Below are positions 11,629 through 20,226 of a stretch of DNA of 64,000 bases, in pieces. Each line of letters begins with the position of its first letter. Positions within the stretch are counted from its first letter, which is position 1. Made by a program: the position numbers and the translations under genes. Origin of the DNA: Cyanobacteria bacterium P01_D01_bin.156 (GTDB lineage: Bacteria > Cyanobacteriota > Cyanobacteriia > Phormidesmidales > Phormidesmidaceae). Under the pieces are notes generated by a model that worked only from the letters and a program-made list of their open reading frames with translations, searched no databases and had not been told where the DNA came from. The stretch is taken from the NCBI GenBank assembly GCA_039024555.1, contig JBCCQQ010000001.1, positions 128,001 through 192,000 on the forward strand, in the 5' to 3' direction.

Positions 11629-11668
11629 ATAACATTCCGGACAATCCCAGTCCAGAATGTTGTTTTTT
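11629..11668 (+). terminator. Intrinsic terminator after the O-methyltransferase
   Basis: aacattccggac...gtccagaatgtt followed by a T-run. Confidence 0.55.
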
Positions 11669-11880
11669 AAGCTGTCCGATCGACAAATAGGTGTAATATC
11701 TCAACTCAATAAAAAATCGTATAACTTTCCAAGATGCCAATCGTGATGGGGAAGATAGTCACCATACTGCTTATTCAGCAGACTAGACATCTTCGCAAAA
11801 TCGACAACCTACCATGGGGAATACTGGCAATAATAGGGCACTGAGAATGGGTTGGTAAATGCCCCCGAAAGGGAAGTGTA

Positions 11881-13206
11881 TCAAACAAGTTGGGTAACCT
11901 CTGACAGCGTTTGGCATACATTCTCCAATAATGGTCGAGCCGTAGGATCTGAGGCCATACACTGATGCTGTAGATCACGTAATTGTTGGACTACAGTTTC
12001 TTCCTCTTGGTTGTTATCACCGATATGACGATCGAGTAAGTCTTCTAGCAAACACCCGAATGCTCTTGACTCGAATCGTTGCAAAGCTTGAGAAGAGATT
12101 GCATCACCAATATTCAAAGAGGATGCTGCTCCAAAATCTCCTAAGATACTTTTACCTTTTGAGTTAACTAAAATGTTATGGGCATAGAGATCTCCATGCA
12201 TAATCCCGCGAGCATGGAGATGGGTAACGACAGAGGCAATGCCACGGGTGATTTTTAAGATAACGGGCAGTGTGAACCCAGCATTCTCAGGATAGGTATC
12301 ACGGGTACATGTGACTAGGCTAGGGGGGGTACCCAAATTCTCATAGTTGTTCGAAATAAATGAGAATACCAGTCCTGCTTTACCATTAATAGGTTCACTC
12401 AACTTACCTAGGACATTCACCAAATTTGGATGAATGCCCGCTGCAATGCACGCCTGCATTTCATCCGTGGGCAAACCGTCACTGGTGATATCCCCTTTAA
12501 AGAGTTTTACAGCCACATCCTGCACCAGCCCCGAAGGACCACCAGACTGCCATTGGCCTTTATAAATCACCCCTGAGGCTCCTTGGCCAAGTACCTCACC
12601 CAGCTGCAATTCCGCAGGTTCAATCATGGCTAGAAATCTATTTTGTTGGGTCGACTGACAGCAAGGGTTACCGGCATAGGCAAGCCAGGTTAAACGGGGT
12701 AACGTGAATATCCACTCTGGGAGTGTTTCTAGCTGATTGGCAGCTAAACGAAGTAGCTCTAAGCTTTGGCAGTTAGCCATCTCTGGAGGGAGCGATCGCA
12801 ACTGGTTACCAGCGAGCATACACTTTTGTAGCTTTGTTAGCTTGCCAATACTGCGGGGTAACTCAGTCAAATGGTTATTCGTTAAAATTAGCCAACGAAT
12901 ATTCGGAGAAAGCGCTGTTTCACTAATAGATTTGAGTTGATTGCCCTTAAAACTAATCATGGAAAGATTAGGGCACTGGGTCAGAACCTCAGGAAATTCC
13001 TCAAACTGATTATTGTTAAAGAATACGATTCTTAGCTTTTTTAACTGAGCAAACTCCGGCGGTAATGCACTCAGCTGATTGTTGGATAGATCCAGAATTT
13101 CTAGGGAATCCGCCAATTCGAAAATTTCTTTGGGAAAGTCAGTTAAATCATCAGATATTTTTAGGCGGGGTTCCCCCATGGACGTATCTAAACTAAGAGT
13201 TTGCAT
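11881..13206 (-). CDS. Leucine-rich-repeat protein kinase (soluble)
   Basis: About 7 LRRs (LDLSNNQLSALP etc.), then LGQGASGVIY, VAVK, HGDLYAHNIL and GDFG kinase motifs. Confidence 0.9.
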   Translation of the reverse strand: MQTLSLDTSMGEPRLKISDDLTDFPKEIFELADSLEILDLSNNQLSALPPEFAQLKKLRIVFFNNNQFEEFPEVLTQCPNLSMISFKGNQLKSISETALSPNIRWLILTNNHLTELPRSIGKLTKLQKCMLAGNQLRSLPPEMANCQSLELLRLAANQLETLPEWIFTLPRLTWLAYAGNPCCQSTQQNRFLAMIEPAELQLGEVLGQGASGVIYKGQWQSGGPSGLVQDVAVKLFKGDITSDGLPTDEMQACIAAGIHPNLVNVLGKLSEPINGKAGLVFSFISNNYENLGTPPSLVTCTRDTYPENAGFTLPVILKITRGIASVVTHLHARGIMHGDLYAHNILVNSKGKSILGDFGAASSLNIGDAISSQALQRFESRAFGCLLEDLLDRHIGDNNQEEETVVQQLRDLQHQCMASDPTARPLLENVCQTLSEVTQLV

Positions 13207-13295
13207 AATAAAAATAAACGATAGAAGCTGTACATAAGATCCATATATTCACTCTACCCAGATCAAATCGGAATGCGTTAACACAATCACAACTA

Positions 13296-14243
13296 TAGCA
13301 AGCCGTAGTAAGATACAGGCATAATAGGGAGTGTTGTAGTTGCCTAGAATTCAATGCCCGCTCCTTACAGTCAAGACTTACGTGAAAAAGCCGTAGCTGC
13401 TGTCACATCAGGTCGCGCGATTAGTGCCGTTAGCCAAGCCTTTGGAATTAATCGCAATACCCTGTCAGAGTGGGTCACCCGGTATCGAGAAACCGGCGAA
13501 GTAAGTCCAAAGCAGGGCTATCAGCAGGGCCATAGTCATAAGATTACTGATTGGGAAGCATTTCGAGCGTTTGCTAAAGAACACGGCGACAAAACCCAAG
13601 CTGAAATGGCCCAGCTATGGCCGGATGAGATCAGTGAGGATACGATTGGTCGAGGGCTCAAACGCATCGGATTCACGCGAAAAAAAAGACCTATGCTTAT
13701 CGGGAACGAGATCGTCAGAAACGCCAAGCGTTCCTAGCCGAACTGGAGACGATCCAACCGGAACAGCGGGTGTATCTCGATGAAGCTGGTATCGATGATA
13801 CTGAGGACTATGGCTATGGCTGGTGTGAGCGAGGAGAGCGATTTCACGCTGAGCGACGTGGGTCGCGCAACGCCAGAGTAAGCTTTATCGCCGCTTGGTG
13901 TCAGCACACATTGGTGACGCCCATGACCTATGAAGGGTATTGTAATCGCGTGGTGTTTGAAACCTGGTTGGAGAAAGGGTTATTACCCACATTGACACCA
14001 GGCAAAGTGATTATTTGTGACAACGCCACATTTCATAAAGGCGGACGCATTCAAACCCTGATTGAACAAGTCGGATGCCGATTGTTATATCTACCTCCTT
14101 ACTCACCAGACTTGAATCCGATTGAGCATCAGTGGTTTGTGTTGAAGAATCGGATGCGCAAACAAATTCAATCTGGTGAATCCTTTCGAGACGTGGTCGA
14201 TAAAGCGTTTGCCTAGATGCCTTAACCTATGTGCGGCTTGCTA
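13296..14243 (+). mobile_element. IS630-family insertion sequence, apparently complete
   Basis: Termini tagcaagccg / cggcttgcta (imperfect IR to ~27 bp); TA duplicated at 13294-13295 and 14244-14245; reconstructed empty site aCTAGt. Confidence 0.93.
13354..14216 (+). CDS. IS630 transposase, two ORFs joined by a -1 frameshift
   Basis: ORF A 13354-13737 (HTH, PYSQDLR); A8 run at 13680-13687; -1 frame reads KTYAYRERD...YLDEAG, CDNATFH, LPPYSPDLNPIE (DDE triad). Confidence 0.92.
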
Positions 14244-14431
14244 TAGTATTCTGATACAGCCAGCAGCTCATCCGCCCCCCATGGATAAAGATGTGGGATA
14301 TTACACAATGCAGAAGAGATAAAGTCCATGCATAAGAAGCTGCTAAAAAACGACTTCACGATTTAAGCCGAAAAAGCTTGTTAAGCCATGCTTTAAAGGC
14401 ACAAGGCCATTGTTCTCATTTTTAATAAGCC

Positions 14432-15862
14432 CTAAGCAAGCTTGGCTTTTTGTTGCTTGTAGAGTTCTTTGAAAAGAGCCTGTTGCTTTTTATGATCCAC
14501 AACAGGAGGCACATAGTCCGTGCCTTCCAAATCAAGAGGAGAGAGTTTACCACTGACCAGAGCAGCTGTATCCACATGACGAATTTCCGGTAACCAATGA
14601 CGAATATACTCAGCATCCGCATCAAACTTTTTCGCCTGACTGGCAGGATTAAAAATGCGTAGAGGTTTTGGGTCCATCCCGCTAGATGCACTCCACTGCC
14701 AACCGCCGTTGTTAGCACTGAGGTCACCGTCCACTAACTTTTGCATAAAATATTTCTCCCCCCAGCGCCAGTCAATCATCAAATCTTTAGTGAGAAAACT
14801 CGCCACAATCATCCGACAACGGTTATGCATCCAACCCGTTTCATTTAGCTGTCGCATAGCTGCATCGACTATGGGGTAACCGGTGCGACCTTCACACCAA
14901 GCTTCAAAAAGAGATGGATCGTTACCCCAGGGAAAGTCTTTCCAGGCATCACGGTAGGGTCCCTCTGCGAGTTCTGGAAAGAAATACATGACATGCTGAT
15001 AAAACTCTCGCCAGGCTAGTTCCTGCATCCAGGTTTGTACATTGGTACGAGCCTCGTCACTGCGACAGTTGTCATAGGCGATGGCCGCTGTTTGCCACAC
15101 GTCACGAATGCCAATCGCTCCGAATTTCAGCGCTGCGCTAAGCAAGGAAGTACCGGTAATCGCCGGAAAATTACGCTGATCGTCATAACCTTCGATGGCC
15201 CGCTGCCCAAAATTGGCAAGCTGTGTTTGCGCCGCTAATTCGCCAGGAGCCAGAGGCAAGGGCGCATCCCACTCAAAGCCTAAATCCTTAGCAGAGGGCA
15301 GGGGTATAAAGGCAATAGCCTGCCGTTCTTCCTGACTCAATCCCGTGGCATTTTGCAATGTTGGTACAGGCACTCGTTTGTCCGACTTCTGCCAGTTTCG
15401 CCAAAAGGGACCGTAAACGGTGTAAGGCTTACCCGCACCAGTCATGACATCTCCTGGTGCATGCAGCAACTGGTCCCAGGTTTTTGTGCGGATTTCAATG
15501 CTCTTTTCCCCTAAGGCTGCGGCCACATCATTATCTCGCTGCCGAGAATAGGGTTCCACATCCCGGTTCCAGTACACTGCCGTTGCCTTTAGCGCAGTCG
15601 CAACTTGAGGTATTTGCTGAACCGGATTTCCCTGAAGAATAAGCAGCTCGCTACCGGCAGCCTGATAACGCTCCTGTAGCTGGGCTAGACAGCCAATCAT
15701 GTACGCGACCCGAGCTGGCGCCACATCATTTCTATCCAAGATGCCAGGATCTAAGCAAAAAATACCCACCACTCTGGCACTCCGTTCCCGAGCGGCCGCC
15801 AGACCTAGATTATCGCTAATGCGTAGATCACGACGGTGCCAAAACAGGAGCAGATCAGACAT
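14432..15862 (-). CDS. phrA: Deoxyribodipyrimidine (CPD) photolyase, class I
   Basis: WHRRDLRISDN, ELAWREFY, GRTGYPIVDAAMRQL, WMHNRCRM and NNGGWQW motifs. Confidence 0.93.
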   Translation of the reverse strand: MSDLLLFWHRRDLRISDNLGLAAARERSARVVGIFCLDPGILDRNDVAPARVAYMIGCLAQLQERYQAAGSELLILQGNPVQQIPQVATALKATAVYWNRDVEPYSRQRDNDVAAALGEKSIEIRTKTWDQLLHAPGDVMTGAGKPYTVYGPFWRNWQKSDKRVPVPTLQNATGLSQEERQAIAFIPLPSAKDLGFEWDAPLPLAPGELAAQTQLANFGQRAIEGYDDQRNFPAITGTSLLSAALKFGAIGIRDVWQTAAIAYDNCRSDEARTNVQTWMQELAWREFYQHVMYFFPELAEGPYRDAWKDFPWGNDPSLFEAWCEGRTGYPIVDAAMRQLNETGWMHNRCRMIVASFLTKDLMIDWRWGEKYFMQKLVDGDLSANNGGWQWSASSGMDPKPLRIFNPASQAKKFDADAEYIRHWLPEIRHVDTAALVSGKLSPLDLEGTDYVPPVVDHKKQQALFKELYKQQKAKLA

Positions 15863-15998
15863 ATCTAAAGGATTGGTGGAGCCTGATTAGTATAAAGGTT
15901 TTTTGTAGGATGCATGGAGATCAACGGGTCTAGTCATACAGTGGTCACTAATAGCTTGGCTCAGTATTCTATAACCAGGTCAAATTAGGGAGTTCCCG

Positions 15999-18071
15999 AT
16001 GTCTACAGCACCGATTGCGAAAAAGCAGCCTAAAAAATTGGAAACCCATGAAGACATCAGGATTGATGACTATTACTGGCTACGCGATCGCACCTCATCG
16101 GAAACCCTAGACTATCTGAATGCGGAAAACGACTACACCGAAGCCCAGACTGCCCATACCAAAGCATTTCAAAAAGCGCTCTACGATGAAATGCTAGGTC
16201 GCATCCAGGAAACAGACCTATCTGTCCCTACAAAAGATGGTGACTACTATTACTACGGTCGCACCGAAGCAGGTAAGGCTTATCGCATTCTATGTCGCAA
16301 ACAGGGCAGCTTAGATAACGCAGAAGAGATTTTACTGGACGAGAATGCCCTAGCCGAGGGTCATGAGTTTTTCTCATTAGGGGATTATGAAATCAGCCTC
16401 GATCACCAGCTGCTAGCCTACGCTACCGATACCGATGGTTCAGAACTCTACACGTTGGTCTTTAAAGACTTAGCTAGCGGCAAGCTGTATCCAGAAGCGA
16501 TTGAAAATACTAGCGAAGTGGTCTGGGCCAACGATAATCGAACTGTTTTCTATACATGCCTGGATGACGCACACCGTCCCTATCAGGTGTGGAAACATCA
16601 ATTAGGCGACAACCCAGAGAAAGACCAGCTAATTTATGAAGAGACCGATGAAGCCTTCTATATCTCGCTGGGTGGTACCCGTAGCAATGCATATGTGGTT
16701 ATCTCTATCAATAGCAAAGTTACCTCTGAAATTCACATTTTAGACGCGAACCAACCGGATGGAGAGTTTCAGGTTATATGCCCACGACAATATGGCGTAG
16801 AGTATTCCATTGCCCACCATCCTGGTGACAGCAGCGAGAACCGTTTCTATATTGTTACCAATGAAGATGCCATCAACTTTAAACTGATGGTCACCCCAGT
16901 GAATAATCTGGACAAAAAACACTGGGACACAGTCATTCCCCACCGTGCCGATGTACAGCTTAGAAATATTGATGTTTTTAAGCACCATCTGGTGATTTAT
17001 GAACGCCAGGGGGGACTGCCTACCATTCGTATTCAACACCTCTCTACCGGTAAAGAGACTGTCCTAGAGTTTCCTGAGCCCACCTATTCGGTCTGGTCGG
17101 GCAGTATGCCAGAGTTTGACAATGCCACTCTGCGGTTTACCTACACGTCTCTGATTACGCCATCCTCAGTGTTTGATTACGATATGAACACACACCAGCG
17201 AGAGCTCAAAAAAGAGACTCCTGTGCTTGGTGGTTACGATCCTAGTCAATATCAAAGCGAGTGGCTGATGGCCACAGCTGCTGACGGCACCCAGATTCCC
17301 ATTTCTTTGGTGTACAAAAAAGATATTCAGCCTGATGGAGAGAATCCTCTGCTGCTCTATGGCTATGGCTCCTATGGAGCGAGCATGTCGGCTTATTTTT
17401 CCTCTACCCGGCTATCACTGCTAGACCGGGGAATGGTGTTTGCCATTGCCCATATTCGTGGCGGCGGCGAAATGGGTCGCCCTTGGTATGAAGCAGGCAA
17501 ATTTCTCCACAAAAAGAACACGTTTACAGACTTTATTACCTGTGCAAACTATTTAATTGCTCATAAATGGACTCGGGCAGACCGGCTGGCCATTATGGGG
17601 GGCAGTGCGGGTGGCCTATTGATGGGGGCAGTATTGAATATGCGGCCTGAGTTGTTTCAGGTTGCGATCGCAGCTGTCCCCTTTGTAGATGTCGTGACTA
17701 CCATTTTAGACCCTAGCCTTCCCCTATCTGTTATGGAATGGGACGAATGGGGGAACCCCAACGAGAAAGAATATTACGACTATATGAAGTCCTACTCACC
17801 CTACGACAACGTCATCGCTCAGGACTATCCCAATCTGCTCATCACCGGCGGCCTCAACGATCCGCGCGTGTCTTATTGGGAACCCGCCAAATGGACGGCC
17901 AAATTACGGGACCTTAAAACCGATAGTAATCAGCTATTGCTAAAAACTAATATGGATGCAGGGCACGGCGGAGCATCCGGGCGTTACGGCTGGCTGGAAG
18001 AAACCGCCTTTGAATACGCCTTTATGCTCGATAGCTTGGACTTAGCAACGACAGATAACCAAGCACCATAA
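15999..18071 (+). CDS. ptrB: Oligopeptidase B (S9A family)
   Basis: DDYYWLRD; GGSAGG nucleophile; NDPRV; AGHGG. Confidence 0.93.
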   Translation: MSTAPIAKKQPKKLETHEDIRIDDYYWLRDRTSSETLDYLNAENDYTEAQTAHTKAFQKALYDEMLGRIQETDLSVPTKDGDYYYYGRTEAGKAYRILCRKQGSLDNAEEILLDENALAEGHEFFSLGDYEISLDHQLLAYATDTDGSELYTLVFKDLASGKLYPEAIENTSEVVWANDNRTVFYTCLDDAHRPYQVWKHQLGDNPEKDQLIYEETDEAFYISLGGTRSNAYVVISINSKVTSEIHILDANQPDGEFQVICPRQYGVEYSIAHHPGDSSENRFYIVTNEDAINFKLMVTPVNNLDKKHWDTVIPHRADVQLRNIDVFKHHLVIYERQGGLPTIRIQHLSTGKETVLEFPEPTYSVWSGSMPEFDNATLRFTYTSLITPSSVFDYDMNTHQRELKKETPVLGGYDPSQYQSEWLMATAADGTQIPISLVYKKDIQPDGENPLLLYGYGSYGASMSAYFSSTRLSLLDRGMVFAIAHIRGGGEMGRPWYEAGKFLHKKNTFTDFITCANYLIAHKWTRADRLAIMGGSAGGLLMGAVLNMRPELFQVAIAAVPFVDVVTTILDPSLPLSVMEWDEWGNPNEKEYYDYMKSYSPYDNVIAQDYPNLLITGGLNDPRVSYWEPAKWTAKLRDLKTDSNQLLLKTNMDAGHGGASGRYGWLEETAFEYAFMLDSLDLATTDNQAP

Positions 18072-18244
18072 TCACTGCAGCACAATCCATAGCTTGGTGC
18101 GCATAGTTGTTGTTATGTCACCAGACTCACCTGCACCAGTGCTACGGGTAGAATAGGCCCACATCGGCACACATTCATTACGTAAAGTAACAGAGACTTA
18201 AGTTTCAATAAATTCAGAACGATGCACTTGAAACAAATATAAAC

Positions 18245-18260
18245 TGTATTCAAATATACA
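18245..18260. promoter_or_regulatory. NtcA binding site candidate
   Basis: TGTA-ttcaaata-TACA, a perfect TGTA-N8-TACA, ending 87 bp upstream of the DUF4278 gene. Confidence 0.65.
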
Positions 18261-18347
18261 TTTCTGATGTTTTTGGTAGAAGGTTTAGTGAAATATCTTG
18301 ATTACTAAGCATACTGTCATAGCATCTACACATTTGGAGGAACCGAA

Positions 18348-18533
18348 ATGAAACTCTCATTTCACGGTGCTAGCTACGAAGCACACTTCGAAAATATTCA
18401 AGTGACAGATACCGAAAGAATTGGGACCTATCGCGGTGCCCCCTTGAAGCGCAAAGCATTTAAGGTGCCTGCACATGCTCACCAGCGCGTAGAGTTAACC
18501 TATCGTGGTGTGAAGTACGACCAGGACATGTAG
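18348..18533 (+). CDS. DUF4278-family small protein
   Basis: MKLSFHGASY...GTYRGA...LTYRGVKY; GGAGG RBS. Confidence 0.85.
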   Translation: MKLSFHGASYEAHFENIQVTDTERIGTYRGAPLKRKAFKVPAHAHQRVELTYRGVKYDQDM

Positions 18534-18619
18534 CTATTTATTGAGCATTGATTGAGTTTTCCTAGTGATTTGGTGCGCTAACGTTCTTTCTTCTGACCAG
18601 AGCAAACGTATCCTAAGCC

Positions 18620-18653
18620 GTCTCTTTTTCCTTGCGGGAAAAGAGACTTTTTT
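18620..18653 (+). terminator. Intrinsic terminator
   Basis: gtctctttttcc-ttgc-gggaaaagagac followed by T6. Confidence 0.8.
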
Positions 18654-18750
18654 ACGGGCTAGAGGGCGTCATCCACAATCCACTGAATCAATTCTCGTAC
18701 ACCAGCTCCACGGGATTGGGTAGTCACTTTATCAGCAATGGCTTTTAGCT

Positions 18751-18840
18751 GCCGTTGCTGATTTAGGGTATGAAACGAGCTGTAGAAAATGCGATGGGAC
18801 AGCGTCTGTTTAAAGAAATCATACCGAGGATCAGCAACGC
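18751..18840 (-). mobile_element. ~90-bp MITE family A, copy 3 (reverse orientation)
   Basis: Reverse complement reads gcgttgctgatcctcggtatga...ccctaaatcagcaacggc. Confidence 0.85.
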
Positions 18841-18948
18841 TAGATTTCCCAGCTTGAGTTGAAACCCCATGCTGATGCCTAAGCTACCAAACTCGGTAAC
18901 AGTGCTCTTTACAATGAGTAAGGAAATGCAGAAAACGTCACAGGAGCA

Positions 18949-20226
18949 ATGGGCATTCGGAATTTACAACGGCAATACAGCATTGCCTTGATAATCAGTG
19001 TATTGATGCCCGGCTGCAATCTACTGCCTGCTAGTGAAGCCCAAGTAGAGCGCCCTGGTAAACCTGGTAATGACCAACCTATAGCTGTAGAAGCAGCCCA
19101 GGCACAGTTAGGTTCTCTCAGGGAATCATTGACATACACAGGTACCACCCAACCCGAGCAAACAGTCGTGCTGAGGGCACAAACCTCAGGTGCCATTGTC
19201 TCTACGCAGGTAGACACAGGAGATGTTGTACAACTCGGGCAAGTATTAGGCCAGATAGATAGTGGCTTACTGACCGCCCGTGTTAACGAAGCCCAGGCAG
19301 AGCTTTCTGTCCGCCAGTCCGAGGTAGCCGTAGACCAAGTATCGATTACGGATGCCCAGGCGGCGGCTGTTCAAGCTCAGGCTACCCGAGACCAGACAAA
19401 ACTGGATGCTGAGCGTCTACGCCAGCTGGCAGAGCAAGGAGCAATTTCCCAGCAAGCGGCTGAAGCAGCTGAACTGGCATTCATTAGTGCAGAGCAAGCG
19501 GTCCAGTCAGCCCAGGCGCAAATTGAGGCTCGTACACAAGCGATCGCAGCGGCTAAAAACCGGACTACTGCTCAACAAGCGGTCTTAGCAGAAGCTCAGG
19601 AACAACTCAGATGGATCACCATAACGGCTCCTGTATCGGCCACGGTATTGAATAAACTGGTTGAACCTGGCGACTACGTACAACCCGGCACGGCGATTTT
19701 TGAGCTGGGCAACCTGAGTAGACTAACTATAGAAGTGCAGGTCTCTGAACTTGATATCAGCCAACTCTCCCTCGGACAATCCGCCACCATCCAGTTGGAT
19801 GCTTTTCCCAACATTGAAGCCAATGGCAGTATCTCCCGGATTTCTCCCGTAGCCGATACGGTCTCCCGACTTATTCCCATAGAAGTGACTTTAACCAATC
19901 CAGATCCACGCATTGGCAGCGGTCTGTTAGCTCGTGTGCAATTCACTCCCAATAACGCTCAAAGCATCATCATTCCCACCAGTGCCTTAGATACTAGCAC
20001 CCAGGAGAACACAATTTTTATCCTGAATCAGGACAATGAGCAACCCACAGTCACCACTCGCTCGGTTACTCTCGGTCAACAGTATAAGGACAACATAGAG
20101 ATTCTCTCTGGGTTAACCCCTAACGAGACATTTATTGTCACCAGCGATCGTCCTCTAACAGCAGAGCAGACGGTAAGGCTAAGCATCTTATCGGAGATCA
20201 ACACATCTAAGGGGCAACCAGAATGA
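18949..20226 (+). CDS. RND efflux periplasmic adaptor (membrane fusion protein)
   Basis: Lipoyl-like half motifs (VDTGDVVQLGQ, VEPGDYVQPG), long helical hairpin, VQVSELD; ATGA overlap with the next gene. Confidence 0.92.
   Translation: MGIRNLQRQYSIALIISVLMPGCNLLPASEAQVERPGKPGNDQPIAVEAAQAQLGSLRESLTYTGTTQPEQTVVLRAQTSGAIVSTQVDTGDVVQLGQVLGQIDSGLLTARVNEAQAELSVRQSEVAVDQVSITDAQAAAVQAQATRDQTKLDAERLRQLAEQGAISQQAAEAAELAFISAEQAVQSAQAQIEARTQAIAAAKNRTTAQQAVLAEAQEQLRWITITAPVSATVLNKLVEPGDYVQPGTAIFELGNLSRLTIEVQVSELDISQLSLGQSATIQLDAFPNIEANGSISRISPVADTVSRLIPIEVTLTNPDPRIGSGLLARVQFTPNNAQSIIIPTSALDTSTQENTIFILNQDNEQPTVTTRSVTLGQQYKDNIEILSGLTPNETFIVTSDRPLTAEQTVRLSILSEINTSKGQPE

Noticed and set aside
13354..14216. 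Calling the split transposase a pseudogene
   Set aside because: The break falls at an A8 run in -1 geometry, typical of programmed frameshifting in IS630, and both frames are intact
18072..18347. Glutamine (glnA) riboswitch expected before a DUF4278 gene
   Set aside because: No CGTT...GGAAGTA...GAAG.AACG pattern visible; an Infernal scan would be needed to exclude it fully
18665..18742. Possible sixth degenerate family A MITE ending atcagcaatggc
   Set aside because: Only one end resembles the TIR; length and left end do not fit
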